Positions 1 through 16,386 of a stretch of DNA of 64,000 nt are shown one piece after another. The DNA is from Pseudogymnoascus verrucosus. Lineage: Eukaryota. The position numbers and the translations under genes were made by a program. How positions within the stretch are numbered: the stretch's first letter is position 1; each line of letters starts with the position of its first letter. The DNA is taken from the NCBI GenBank assembly GCA_001662655.1, contig KV460213.1, one strand, 5' to 3'. The notes beneath the pieces were generated by a model. That model was not told where the DNA came from. It saw only the letters and a program-made list of their open reading frames with translations, and made no database searches.

Positions 1-50
1 CGCTCATCGCAATAGGGGCATCAAGTATAATTATGTGTTTATCTTACCAT
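1..50 (-). CDS. 5' end of an unidentified gene running off the left edge (ATG-only first exon followed by an intron)
   Basis: Minus strand reads AATCAATCGAC-ATG-GTAAGA at 50-42: an A/C-rich leader, ATG, then a consensus splice donor. It is divergent from NCS6. Confidence 0.5.
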
Positions 51-344
51 GTCGATTGATTTTGCCGGGTCGAAGGGCTGTGGTGATTGTCGTGAAATTG
101 GCGGCGATGAAGAACAGAAAATCAGAAGAGAAGATTATTCTCGGATCTGTGTGTCGCTAGGGCATGAAGTCTTGGCGTTTGAAATTGCGCTAACCACGAT
201 TAGATTAAGGCGATAAGGTAGTTTGCTCAACTAGCAAACATAAACTTTTTGATTATGACTTGTAACCTTCATGACCCCGCCATCGAACAGAAAGTCAATC
301 TCTTGAGAGTTCTGGTAGTGCATATACGCTAGATTTTTCTAAAG

Positions 345-1640
345 ATGGCGCCCTCAATATGTGCTATTTGTGAGACCAACAGGGCACTAATAATTCGGCC
401 AAAGAACCACCAAAAATTATGTAAAGTCTGTTTTATCCAAATTTTCGAAGACGAAATCCACCACACCATCACAACTACGAACCTCTTCACCCCAGGAGAT
501 AGAATCGCTATAGGCGCCTCTGGAGGCAAAGATTCTACAGTCCTCGCGTCTGTCCTAAAAACCCTCAACGAAAGACACAACTATGGCCTTGACCTGGTCC
601 TCCTCTCTATCGACGAAGGAATCAAAGGCTACCGCGACGACTCCCTCGAGACCGTCAAGCGCAACGCTGAGCAATACGAGATGCCACTGAAGATAGTCGG
701 CTACGATGAGCTATATGGCTGGACCATGGACCAGGTTGTAGCCACCATCGGCAAGAAGGGGAACTGCACATACTGCGGAGTCTTCCGGCGGCAGGCCCTC
801 GACCGCGGGGCAAACATGTTAGGCATAAACCACGTCGTAACCGGCCACAATGCCGACGACGTCGCCGAGACCATCCTGATGAACCTCCTCCGAGGCGACC
901 TACCGCGGCTGGCCCGCAGCACGAGCATCATAACCGGGGACGCCACATCCTCCGTCCGCCGTAGCAAACCGCTCAAATACGCATATGAGAAGGAAATCGT
1001 GCTCTATGCGCACCACAAGAAATTAGATTACTTCAGCACAGAGTGCATCTACAGCCCCGAGGCCTTCCGCGGCTCAGCACGAACCCTTATCAAAGCGCTC
1101 GAGCGCGTCCGGCCATCCGCCATCCTTGACGTCGTCCGCAGCGGCGAGGATATGGCGAAGCTGGTCCCTGCTGAGGTGACTGGGGGCCCCAAGTGCGCTG
1201 GTCGCAAAGCCGAGGTTCTGGCTGCGGATCGAGAGGAAGAAGGTGCGGGTGGCTGCGGTAGTGGCAACGGGAGGAGTAGTGGCTCCGAGATGGCGGATAT
1301 GGAGAAGCAGCTGAGGGATAATGAAGGCGCAGGAGAGAGAGAGGTGGAGATCACAAGTGCGCAGGTGCCGAGGCGGCGGGATACGAATAGTAGTATGGCG
1401 AGCTCGCGGCCGGGGAATCTGAGGAAGGAGGTTATGGGGAGGAAGTTGCCTAGGCAGACGCTGGGGACGTGTCAGAGGTGCGGGTATATGTCTAGTCAGG
1501 CAATATGTAAGGCGTGTACGCTGCTAGAGGGGTTAAATAAGAATAGGCCGCAGGTGGAAATTGAGGTTGATGCGGAGGATGAGGATGATAGCTCCACGCT
1601 GAGGAGGAAAATGGAGGGGATAGCGTTGACGGCAGGATAG
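345..1640 (+). CDS. NCS6: Cytoplasmic tRNA 2-thiolation protein 1 (Ncs6/CTU1)
   Basis: PP-loop [22 protein letters not shown], and N- and C-terminal CxxC pairs. Intronless 431-aa ORF. Confidence 0.95.
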   Translation: MAPSICAICETNRALIIRPKNHQKLCKVCFIQIFEDEIHHTITTTNLFTPGDRIAIGASGGKDSTVLASVLKTLNERHNYGLDLVLLSIDEGIKGYRDDSLETVKRNAEQYEMPLKIVGYDELYGWTMDQVVATIGKKGNCTYCGVFRRQALDRGANMLGINHVVTGHNADDVAETILMNLLRGDLPRLARSTSIITGDATSSVRRSKPLKYAYEKEIVLYAHHKKLDYFSTECIYSPEAFRGSARTLIKALERVRPSAILDVVRSGEDMAKLVPAEVTGGPKCAGRKAEVLAADREEEGAGGCGSGNGRSSGSEMADMEKQLRDNEGAGEREVEITSAQVPRRRDTNSSMASSRPGNLRKEVMGRKLPRQTLGTCQRCGYMSSQAICKACTLLEGLNKNRPQVEIEVDAEDEDDSSTLRRKMEGIALTAG

Positions 1641-1810
1641 ATAATGGATCTTGACGATTAATCTGAAAATTATACCCAATGCCTCAACAGGAACAACAGG
1701 ACTTCATGATTCTATATAGGCCAACTAACAAAGTGATATCATAACGACATATCCTCCCTAAAAGCTCAATTTCCACACACCCAGAGTATACCAGTGCCGC
1801 CGAAATTTCC

Positions 1811-3307
1811 TTAGAAATTCGGAATCGTCGTTCCGACCCCCTTCTCCCTGGCCAAAGTAATAAGACCTCCACCAACAACGAGATCCATCAGCCCCATCCC
1901 GACGCACTTATAAACCACATTTCCCTCTCCTAACCATGTAGCCATCGCATCATCCTTAGACTTAACCTTCCTATTATCCATGCTCAAGCTTCGGATTTTA
2001 CTCCCAATACTACCCGGACCAAGCGACTTCCGCGACGAGCTCTTCGACGATCTCGCACTATCCATGCTCTTCCGCCCCGTTGACTCTGTGCTGACGGTGC
2101 TTAGATCACTGCCCTCGCGCATGACAGCATGCATGCTCCCCTCGCCTGAAGAAGAAATGTCGGATAACTCCCGACGGAGACTATCAAGGTCAATCTGCTT
2201 CCCGTCTGCGTCAACTTCGTGGTCATCTGAGCTATCGCCGGCGAGTTGCCCCTCAAGCATGACTAGCTCGCCAACTTCGACAAGTTGGTTAGGAGATAGG
2301 CCTGATTGGATGATTTCTCCTGCTTCTTTGAGACAGCCAGTCAGAGTATCCACGACAACAACTCCGCCTTCTGAGGCGTGCTTGTGGTAGTGGCGGTGCT
2401 CATGGGGCTTGACAGCTTGCTGGAAGAGTTCGACTGGGATCTCGATCATGTGAGGTTTGTAACTGCCAATCGCAATGATGAGTCTACCTCTTCGGCGACC
2501 TTCGGTTGATGTTAGGATCGTGTGATCGAATAGTGGTGTGGTGGAAGGAACGGTCGTGATAATCACATCTGCAGCGCGAAGCTGTTCCTTCAATAGTCGC
2601 GCATACTCGCCATAACCCGGAGTCAGGATTGAGAATTTTACATTTTCCCAGCCCTCACGCTGTTTGATGGCTGGGTCAATTGAGTAAAGGGTTTTCAGCA
2701 AGTCTCGCACCCTGTCAGAGAAAGTCCGGCTAATAATATTAACGGTTTTCAGGGAGCTGCCGCGAAGAATGAGGGCGAGGCGGATGTGCCAAAAGGCTTG
2801 GCGACCCGCTCCGAAAACGGTGATGGATTTGAAGCTTTTGCGCCGGCAGAAAAGAAGGGAGGAACAGAGCGCTGTTCGGAAAGCGGTTACTTCTTCGGCA
2901 TTTAGGAAGCCTGTGGGGGTGCCGTTGCTGGACATAATTGTGAGGGCACCATGGGGGGTCATGTCCGCCGTAGCTGCAGTGGGGCCCGTTGCTCCAGGTG
3001 TTGCGAGAGTTACCACTGCGGGGTAATTTGTGAGCTATTTGCTCCTGCGCTATGAATAGTTTCACCAACCTTTCATTCCAATCCCCGAGGAGCTTGTCGA
3101 TGGCATGAAGAGAGTTGTCTTTCCGCTGGGGGCCACCATGGCCGTTCGCTCGGGCTGGTGCATAGCACATGCTGCTTCGCCTTGGGTTCCCGTCGAGTAT
3201 TCATGTAGGGCTTTCCGTAAAGACTTCTGCAGCGCGTGTGCATCATCAATTGTAAGGCTCTCGAGGACTTGGCAGACATCTGCATCTGTGAGAACTGTAA
3301 GAGGCAT
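1811..3307 (-). CDS. Ornithine cyclodeaminase/mu-crystallin family protein
   Basis: ATG at 3307 (MPLTVLTD), intron 3016-3069. Motifs TTLFMPS...GMK, TAFRTA, Rossmann FGAGRQA, AIGSYKPHMIE and YKCVGMGLMD. Confidence 0.8.
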
Positions 3308-3891
3308 TGCAGGCAATGGGGACAGGCTAGACAGTTGTGATAAGGAGGCGTGGGAAAAGCTACGCGGCACCGAGAGTTACGCCGAGAAAACGATCAAATC
3401 GAATACAAATCTCGTACTCGTATATGCTAACATCGTGTCAGCTTTTCACGAGGTAGCAGAGTGCGATAGAAGGCTTACCTGCGCAAAAAAATGTTCAGTA
3501 ATCTTCATAGACGCTCAAATTGACAGGAGAAGAGGAGAGCTATGTTCGATAAGAAGCCTCGCAGCTTGTCGCAGCCTTGCACTAAGTTAAGTTTACAATG
3601 CCGTTCGTCCATGCCGCCTCAACCAATCATGACGTCAACTCGCCTACCCCGCCTATGGAAACTACCCTGCGGGGTGATGCGATTTCGGATTTACAATCAA
3701 CAGGTCCGTCGGAAATAAGAGATTAAACACTATAAAAAGGCTGAAGTAGGTTTTGGAAATTTGAAGGTAGATCGTAGTTTTCATACACTACTTGGAATTC
3801 TCATACTTAAATTTTTCATACTACCTGGGCTTCTCATACGTCTTAGGCTCCTTGACGACTTGGACTTCTCATTATTATACTCCTATCAAAC

Positions 3892-5011
3892 ATGGCAGAC
3901 AAAGCCTCAGACAAAGAGATCAAGATGGAGTATACGCGGCTGGGCAAGTCTGGTCTAAATATCTCAAAGCTTATTCTAGGAGGCATGAGTTACGGTTCAT
4001 CGGAATGGTGGGAATGGGTCCTGAACGAAGAAGCCGCTCTTCCCCTCCTCAAACATGCCTATGACGCTGGAATAACTACTTGGGATACAGCTGATATGTA
4101 TTCCAACGGTGAATCCGAGAGGATCCTCGGAAAGGCCATCAAAAAATACAATATCCCCCGCAACCGCGTCGTGCTCCTGACGAAGTGCTACTTCGGCGTC
4201 GCAGACCCTGAGGAGGGACAGCAACGCGTATACGCAACACCTGGGGGGTCCATAGACCCTAAGTGGGTTAATAGGATCGGGCTGAGCCGGAAGCATATCT
4301 TCGATGCTGTTGATGCCAGCGTTGAGAGGCTAGGCACCTACATCGACGTCCTCCAGATCCACCGACTGGACCATGAGACGCCCCGGGAGGAGATCATGAA
4401 GGCGCTGAACGACATAGTTGAGAGCGGCAAGGTGCGCTACATCGGCGCCAGCAGCGTGAGTCACCCTTATCCATGTACAGCTAGACCCCGCTAATTCCGA
4501 GCAGATGGCTGCGTGGGAGTTTCAGACACTGCAGAACATCGCCGAGAAGAACGGCTGGCACAAGTTCATCAGCATGCAGAACTACTATAATCTCATCTAC
4601 CGCGAAGAGGAGCGCGAGATGATCCCCTACTGCAAGGACACTGGCGTAGGACTGATCCCATGGTCCCCCATGGCTCGCGGCGCGCTCGCTCGGCCATACG
4701 ATTCGCGATCCACGGTGCGGGAGGGCTCGGATCAGGTACTCAGCGGAATAGTCCGCAAGGAATCGGAGATTGACAAGGCTGTCGTTGGACGGGTTCAGGA
4801 GGTGGCCGACAAGCTGAAGGTGAGTATGGCGAGGGTTGCGATTGCGTGGGCGCTCCAGAAGGGGACAAATCCGATTGTGGGGCTCAGCAGCAAGGAGAGG
4901 ATTGATGAGGCCGTTGAGGCGGTGAAGTGGCAGAGTGGTGGGGGACTGACGGCGGAGGACTGCAAGTATCTTGAGGATGGATATGCTCCAAAGCATGTGT
5001 CGTTTATATAG
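3892..5011 (+). CDS. Aldo-keto reductase (aryl-alcohol dehydrogenase-like)
   Basis: LGKSGL, WDTADMYSNG, LLTK, LQIHR, GKVRYIGAS, SMQNYYNL, PWSP. One intron at 4456-4504. Confidence 0.9.
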
Positions 5012-5349
5012 GGTTTATGTAGGGAGGGGGGATATGAGACAGAGGCCCTGTCTCATATACCCTTCATAGGGAAAGTAATGAGTGGTAACAAAAGTAAAAT
5101 TTGTATTATCTAACAAATATATTCATAACATTATCTATGATCTGAGACGATTAAACCAACGCAGTAATTCTTGAACCAGAGGTGAGCGCTAGCCAATGTC
5201 AACCCAAATCGCTTGGCATGAGCGTTAGTGGCTTCTCCCCCCCCCGCAAAATCCCTGTCACTTGAGAGACAACGACCCCTGCTTGATTAACTCCAGCAAC
5301 AAATATATCGCGACACGCTACAAGCCACAAGCGCCAAGGTCAACATGAA

Positions 5350-7135
5350 ATGAGGGCGTTAGTAGCTTGTTCAGCCTGCAGGTATGTCATGCTTTCTTCT
5401 ATAATACCAATATCTATAACCCTAACCCTTGTCATCACAATATTTCTAACGCCTACAGATCGCGGCGCAGGAAGTGCACGTCAGTCCATGGCTCGACGAC
5501 CTGCCTTTACTGCACCGAGCGTAGCATCACGTGTATTCGAGGTAGCGGGGCCCCCTCCCTTTCATCCCAAGGTTACAGTGCGCCATCCTCACCACCTGCT
5601 GTACGGCAGTCAGCACTGGTCGGGCTACCGCTGCCTCCTCGGGAGCTTTGCTTAGAGCTGGTGGAGCTGTATTTTGACTTCATTCATGACAAGTTCCATT
5701 CCATATTTCATAGGCCTAGCTTGACGGAAGATGTCCGGCAAGGGGTAGTCCCGCCAGTTATTCTATTTGCTATATTTGCTTTATCTGCAAGGTTTCTTTT
5801 ATCCTAAGCCTTTTTGACGTATTGCCTTGCTGAAATTACCCTAGGTTCTCCGAAAATGAGGTGTTTTCTGGTATTGCTCCCCGTGAACGAAGTAAACCGT
5901 ACTACGATGAGAGTGCCAGACTAGTTGATATACGAGACACATCTATTACCACTATACAAGCATGTATTCTTCTTGGGGGAATCGGATCTTGTGAAGCACG
6001 TGCCTTCAATGAATCTATATATTATACGGTGGCTTGCCGAATGGCGAACTTGCTTGGCCTTTCTAAGAGAACCGGAGCAACTGCCTTAGAACAAGAGTTG
6101 AATATTAGAAGTGAGTCTCTATTCTTAGTTACTTTCAAGTTTCTAATTGAGCTAGTCTGGTGGACACTATGCATGGTGGATGTATGGTCGTCCAAGAGCG
6201 TCCGTCTCCCACGTCAAATGAGCCATTTCTCAGATCTCCCCCTCCCAATCGACGAATATACGTTTCTCCAATGGCGCCGTGGAGCCCAGGACAATATAGA
6301 GGTGAGCTCTGATCGGAGTTCATCTCTTATAGCCCAGATGATCCTCCTCAATCGTATTTTGATGGAAATCAACGACGCCATCACGCAGACTGTCACATCC
6401 GGCACTGTCACCCTAGTTCTCGATAAAACGGCCGAAGATCTCTCACTAAAGCTTGACAATTGGTACAATGCCCTCCCCGAATACATGCATAATACGCCCG
6501 AAAACCTCCAGCGATACGCATCTCAAGGCCTCGGAAGGATATTTGTAGCAGTCTACCTCGGTTACTATCACTACGGCCAACTACTATTCTACCAGTTCTT
6601 GAACGACGACCAGCACAGCACCGGAGGGAACCGCTACGCGAAAAAGTGTAAAGAACACGCCGCGAACCTGTGTCTCATTGTCTACGCAGCACAAGAGACA
6701 CCCGGATGCGAGGTCAGGTATAACATGGTAGGCCACATCCTGGTCATCGCCTCCACGGTGCAAATCCACACACTGCTCTTCGGCACCGACGAAGCCGAGA
6801 TCGCCGTCGCGCGACAAAGAGTCGTACGCAACTTCCAGATCCTGACGGACATGCAACGCTGGTGGGCATGGCTGGATATGTGCTTTGTGCGCTTGCATAT
6901 ATTTCACGATATGTGCAGGACGAGCATGGCAACGTCGTTTAGGATGGATGAGTGGATGATGAAGTTCTTGTCTGAGTTCTCTAAACCGATTGAAGAGAAG
7001 ACGGAGGATAGCGCGCAGGCTGCGTTGGATTGGGCACGTAATATTGAGGCTTACACGCAGGGGCCTGTGGAAGAGCAGACGAGTGTGAGTGTCTGTCCAA
7101 GCCCGTCGCCGCGTTATAACGTTTTGCCGCCTTGA
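5350..7135 (+). CDS. Zn(II)2Cys6 transcription factor with fungal-specific TF domain
   Basis: ACSACR joined across intron 5382-5458 to SRRRKC...CLYCTERSITC. Middle-homology region YFDFIH...FHRP and WWTLCMVD. Further introns near 5792-5844 and 6111-6155. Confidence 0.88.
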
Positions 7136-7487
7136 GAATGGGCTGGGAAGATGTTTCCGACGGAATCGCCACGGAGCTTTGCTGTATATTCGCCATGGGA
7201 AACTCCACACACAGGATATGGCAGATCTACGCGCCTCGGTTGAAAACCAATTCATCAACCGCGAAATACATACCGTAAGGTCCGCTTTACCGCCGATATG
7301 CTTCTGCCATATATGAACTCGAAACATAGAGAGATGAGAAGCTAGAAAGTCTCATGTTCGGTAGGATGTTATTAAAGGGCATATAGACATTGTGAAACTC
7401 CGCAAGTCTAAAGGTATGACTTCATATATACTTCATATCCTATCTATCTATAATTAAAGCTGTATATCTACGCTGGAAGTAACTCGA

Positions 7488-10673
<3,186 letters not shown>

Positions 10674-11927
10674 TTTTACTGGGACATAGATGAACTCAAG
10701 TTATTGGAATCAAAGTCGAGAAGAGCAGTTGAGGAGCACCGGGTTATAACTGTTTAAGAGAATAGGCTATTATACGAGCCTACTGCGTATTACTAACTAC
10801 AGCTGAACGAAGATCCGTTAACGGTGCACAATGGTTTAGACTACTCCATACTTATTTGCGGAGACTCGATCCTATTTATGATACGTTACGTGATACCGTG
10901 GAGATACCTGAAAACTGATTACGTACAGTTAGTCCTACGCGTTTGTCAGATACGAAACAACTATGCTTTGTTGATTCCTATAGTCGTGATTACCGTTTGC
11001 TGTTGCCGCTGCGTCTACAGATCAAACGGGTTTCGGCTCGTTGGCATAAAACACGTGGTAGAACGGGGGTTGAGAGAAATAGTTAGCGGCGGTATCGTAG
11101 GAGGGGGGGAGAAATCATTAGCGGCGGTATCGACAGGAAACTAGTGTGCGGGGGTATTGTGGAGGTTGATCTTCTCCGATTCGAATGACAGAAGGAGGAG
11201 GGGTTACGGGTCTAGGCTATATGAGGAATACGGGGAAGGAATAGTGTGCTCGTTTTTTGTCCCAAGGCCTCGGCGTCGGCGAATCTCCGGACTATTTCTC
11301 CCACTTCCCCAAACTTCTCCAACAAATATCAAAACCCATATTTTACCCCACATACTGCTTCTTTTTTTTTCTTGATTCTATACCGTAGTACTGTAGTCCG
11401 TACGGCAGTTTATATTACCATGTAGTACGAAGTTATGGTTGTAGCTAGCCACAGTAGAGAGAGACACTAATTGTGCCTTTAGCTGATCCATTTCTTCGTC
11501 ATGATAGCTGGTTATGCACGATTCACATAATCCCCAGGATTCCCCAGCTGAACTACAACGAAGTGGACTGGGATGGAGGGCTCCGATGCCGAGTGACTTA
11601 CCACCCTCGGCTATGATACTTCTCAATTTACAGCTGATCTCCCGGGTTTCTGTCGGGTCTGGCTTGACGATCAAAAAAGTTGCCACTCTTGCCGTCAAGC
11701 CAGCCCCGAGTGTCTGGGCAACAGAAACTTTGACCCCGCTTCCCCTCATAGGGATGAAGTTTTTCTCCACAGTCTAAAACCAGGCGGCAGGCCACTAGTA
11801 TGGGTCCATAGCTTCAGTGCGTTTCCTATATCGCTCATCCTTCATTCTATAACTTAGACCAAATCCCCGCATTCAATGATTCCTCCCCATCCACACTTCT
11901 CTGTCACAATTACTACTCACTTTGAGA
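10674..11927. promoter_or_regulatory. Divergent beta-galactosidase/permease promoter with CreA-type SYGGRG sites and a duplicated CGG-containing element
   Basis: SYGGRG matches at 10858, 10898, 11148 and 11159, and reverse matches at 11734, 11765 and 11865. Direct repeat GAGAAATnnTTAGCGGCGGTATCG at 11074 and 11109. Confidence 0.55.
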
Positions 11928-13702
11928 ATGGCGTCCGATACCAAAAACGCTGATATGGATACTAAGGATGGTGATTTCGATCACCTGGAGAAGGAGACGG
12001 GCAACCTTAAGGAGATCAATGCTGCCTCCGTAGCTCTGTCAGCTGCCATGGCGGCTCAGAAGCCATCTTTGCTGTCTAAGAGCATGTTGAAACTGTACTT
12101 CATAATGGCTGTTGGGTACATGGTGTCAACCATGAACGGTTTCGATTCGTCTCTAATGGGAGCTGTCAATGCTATGAAACCATACCAGGAGACGTTCGGC
12201 CTTAATGGCGCCGGTATGTCTAATCTAATACCTTTGAAATTCTCCCATGGAAGACTAACTTTATATAGGATCATCCACCGGAGTCGTCTTTATTATTTAC
12301 AACCTTGGTCAGATTGCTGCCTTCCCATTCTGTGGCTTTTTAGCAGACGGTTACGGTCGAAGAGTCTGTATATTCGTAGGGTGTCTGGTTGTAGTCATCG
12401 GTACCGCAGTCCAGGCCTCCTGCCACGAGCTTAACGTCTTCATGGGTGGCCGCTTCATCCTAGGCTTTGGTGCAGCCCTCGCCTCTGGAGCCGGGCCTGC
12501 GTATACTGTTGAGCTGGCCCACCCGGCCTATCGTGGCACCATGGCTGGTATGTACAACAACTTCTGGTGGTTCGGAAGCATTCTCGCAGGATGGGCTACC
12601 TACGGCTCCAACAAGAACTACGCAACTTCCTGGGCCTGGAGAATTCCGACTCTCGTTCAGGCTGGTCTCCCTATCATCGTTATGGTTCTCATCTTATTCT
12701 TCCCCGAATCCCCTAGATGGTTGATCTACCATGACCGCCCTGAGGAGGCCCTCGCCATTTTTGCTAAATATCACGGAGATGGTGATGAGAACGCGCCCGT
12801 TGTTCAACTCCAGTACCATGAAGTGCTTGAGCAGATGAACCTCACACGCAACGATAACCCCTGGTGGGATTTCCGGGAGCTGGTCAACACTGCAGGCGCA
12901 CGATACAGATTGTACATGGTTGTTCTCATGTCCTTCTTTGGCCAGTGGTCGGGAAATAACGTTGTCTCATACTTCTTGGTACGTAATTTGACACCATTCC
13001 CAGTCGACATTTAGCATATGCCTCCATGTCTTTAATGATCGTTAAGAATCTACAAAGCTAACTTCTCTCTAGCCCCTAATGATGGAACAAGCAGGACTGA
13101 AAGACCCGAACCAACAACTTCTAATCAACGCCATCCTCCCCATTTTCACCATGATCGGAGCTTGCTACGGTGCCACACTTCTCGACAGACTAGGTCGCAG
13201 GGTTATGTTACTCGGCGGCCTTACCGGCGCACTATTCAGTTATGTCCTCCTCACCGCATTCACAGCACAATCCGAAAAACATCCCAGTCTCAGCTATGGC
13301 GTGATAGTAAGCGTTTTCTTGTTCATGGTGACATTCGCTTGGGGCTTCACACCACTCCAGACTCTCTACTCCGTCGAGTGTCTTGAAAACCGCACTCGCG
13401 CCAAGGGCTCTGGACTCAACTTTCTGTTCCTCAACGTTGCAATGGTCGTCAACACTTATGGAATCAGCGTTGGAATCGCCGCGATTGGCTGGAAGTTGTA
13501 CTTGGTGTATATCGGCTGGATCTGTGTCGAGATGGTGGTGATTTATTTCTTCTTTGTGGAGACGGCTGGGAAGACGTTGGAGCAGATGTCGAGCATCTTT
13601 GATGCACCGAACCCGAGGAAGGAGTCAACTAAGAAGACTACTGTGTTGATTGATGACAGGGGTAATGTTGTGGATATCCAAGATCCAGTGCGTTTGGTTT
13701 AG
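11928..13702 (+). CDS. MFS sugar porter, lactose/cellodextrin permease-like (Lac12 family)
   Basis: GFDSSLM, ADGYGRR, ELAHPAYRG, WRIP, PESPRWL, GQWSGNN, DRLGRR and VETAGKTLE. Introns near 12214-12269 and 12979-13072. Confidence 0.88.
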
Positions 13703-13961
13703 CTTGCTATTAGATCTACAAAGCGTCTTGTATTCATGCATTAGGACAACTCTTGTCTGATTAAATATCAAGCGCAGTTTAATTGAGCAAATACGAATAC
13801 ACATGTCCTAGAGATATATAATGGCCAAGTCTAGCTCGATTATCAGTACTCTGGTTCTATATCTCACCCCAAATCTCTACTCGTTTCTTACTAATTCCAA
13901 ATTCTCATACCTGTATTTACGGCAACTTAATTCCTATTTTGAGACTGAACCATATACTATT

Positions 13962-15669
13962 TTAGTCTCCCCCTCTAACGCTAAGTGTATCAAACATGTT
14001 CAGATGCGTCCAGCTTCTCTCTGCCCGGTCTCGTAGCTCGTCCATCTCATCAATGCATTCATTGCAATCACCATCTCCATCGACTTCCCCTAGAATTTCC
14101 TGCAACCTCCAAGCGATTCTTTCCGCTCCAGCCCGAGCACCCTCAAGGTTCGCAGCTCCTGGCCCGAGTTGAAGACCGGCAAGGCGTCCAGTCACGAAAA
14201 GGGGGACGTCTTTACTCCATTGCATGTCGTAAGTCAAGCAAGGAAGTCCTCCAACAGTCTCGATTGGGTGACTCTTCAAGAGAGGCTGTAATAGTGGCAT
14301 AGTTTTTATGTCTGCCTTTGCGCCGGTTGCGTAGTAAATGTAGTCTATTGGAGGCAGGTCTAGGATCGGAGGATCCGTCTGGATTGTCCACAGCTTTGAT
14401 GTCGAGTCCCAGGACTTTCCTACTATTTGTGTTTTTGTATGGCGTAGAACCTTTCCTTTTGTTTGATGACTTTCAAGAACAGCCTTGTACGCTGGAGTGA
14501 TCGAACCTCCATTGCGAGCAGACAGGATCATCTCAAATCGTTCCTCGTCTGTATCCGCCGACCAGAAAGCCGCTTGGCTGATATTTTTGTACTTTGCAAC
14601 CCAATCAAGGCTAAGATCAAAATGCTTGATCTTGAAATTATCACGCATGATGTGCCACACTTTCGACACGCCTTTCTTAATGCAGAGATCCACGATTTGA
14701 GCAGAGGTCAAGCCGCCACCAATAACGATAATATTTGTTGTGCGCTTTGCATCTACCTTTCTTTTGACGTGTGGTGCAAGACACTCTTGCTTTAGAAGCT
14801 GGGACGTGTGACAAGCACCCTCTGCCTCATTAGAGGTGAATGGCGGAGGAGCTGGCAGTCCAGGCCCGATAGCAAGGACGACTGTGCGTGCGAGTTGCGT
14901 ACCAGTCGAAGTTTTGATGGTGAAGCAGTTATCGGGACGCTCATCTGTTCCATGCTCATCGTATTCGATAGAATGCACGTCAGCTTGTGTAACGAGGTTA
15001 TTCAGGCTATACCGATCGATGCAGTCCTGGCAGTAGTCGTTGAACAGAGATGTGGATGGTGTATAGTAGTCCTGCATGTCTCGTTCATCGATCGATTTGC
15101 CACTGTCTTGGATCAGAATTAGCTATATAGCGGAATTTTGGAGCTTACGTGTGCGCATTTACGGATGGCCCTCTCTTCAACTTCTTCTTCATTAGATGCT
15201 TTGATATTTCTTTTCCCACCACACCTTTCAGCTCAATCATCTCCTTCTCTCTGCCCTTAGCGTATGCATACGCCTTTAGACCATCTCGATCTCTTGGATC
15301 AACATGGAAGAACAACGGACTTCTCAAAGTCTTGATGTTGTAAGCACGAAATAAGCATGTCCACTTTGTCATCCAGTCTGACCCTGAGGAGTCGTAGACA
15401 GCGATTGAATAGTTTGGTGGTTTGCAGATTGGCCCGCATGGCTTCTCCGACTTGTCCTCGACCAATATTTTATTCGTTGCACGTCCCTTGGTAGGCACAA
15501 TCTTCACACGATGCTTGTGTCGCTTGATCCAGTGGTATCTCTGGTGCTCGGCATCCGTGAAGAGCGCTGAGGGTGTTGTCTCTCGCATCCGTGCTGCTAC
15601 TGCGAGTGCGCATGGGCCGGCACCAATGATGACAATATCGAGAACCTCGAGAGTCTCTAGAGTATTCAT
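13962..15669 (-). CDS. FAD/NAD(P)-dependent oxidoreductase (lysine N6-hydroxylase-like fold)
   Basis: Two dinucleotide-binding motifs (IIGAGP, VIGGGLTSAQ), plus LRSPLFFHVDP, YATG and GPGAANLEGAR. Intron 15103-15148 restores the frame (HT-GKSIDERDMQDY). Confidence 0.8.
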
Positions 15670-16122
15670 GATTACTTTTTGTTCCGCAAAAGTTTAAAAA
15701 TCAATTTAAGTTGTTCGTGGATTTTACAATTTAAATCAAATCCAAAGGCGGGGTGGTCAATTCCAGGGCGTATCTGTAACCTTGGTGGTTGAGCCCCTCG
15801 ACCGACACCTTGATGGCCATCCTATCTCGTAAGTAATCCAGATAATTGGACTTTTCAATTTCGTAGTAGGATTGGAGTCTAGCCATTTTATCGTATGGAA
15901 GTTGTCCAGGTTCTTGCTCTTATTTTCTTATTTTCCATTAATGGCCATGCCATGAGTCCAAATGTGATAAAAGAAAATACTCCAAGTTGTAAGAGAGCAT
16001 AAAGCGGCGTGTTGGGATTTGCGTGGGGTGATCGCGGCCTAACTAGCAATTGGCCCGGTAATTGGCTGGCGATACTGGTGCCGCCTAGAAGTCCGATGAG
16101 GGCCTGCACATAACAATAGCAA

Positions 16123-16386
16123 TTACAGCAACTATTATTAGAATGAAGGCGTTAAATCGCTATGTACAAGAACAGTCTTTACAGCAACTATTATTAGAAT
16201 GAAGGCGTTAAATTGCTATGTACAGGAACAGTCTTTACAGCAACTACTATTAGAAGGAAGGAGTTAAATCGCTATGCACAGGAACAGTCTTTATGGCAAC
16301 TATTATTAAAACGAGAGTGTTGAATCACTGTGCACGATGATAGTATTTACAGCAACTATAATTAAAGTAAAGACATTTAATCACTC
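16123..16386. repeat. 56-bp tandem minisatellite, about 4.7 copies
   Basis: Unit TTACAGCAACTATTATTAGAATGAAGGCGTTAAATCGCTATGTACAAGAACAGTCT starts at 16123, 16179, 16235, 16291 and 16347. Confidence 0.92.

Noticed and set aside
5417..5429. TAACCCTAACCCT telomere-like tract
   Set aside because: Only two units inside a TF intron, so it could arise by chance. No telomerase RNA features were recognised here or at the CTAACCCT near 33660.
16123..16386. 56-bp array as a CRISPR-like locus
   Set aside because: Whole units repeat with no unique spacers, there are no cas genes, and the context is eukaryotic.
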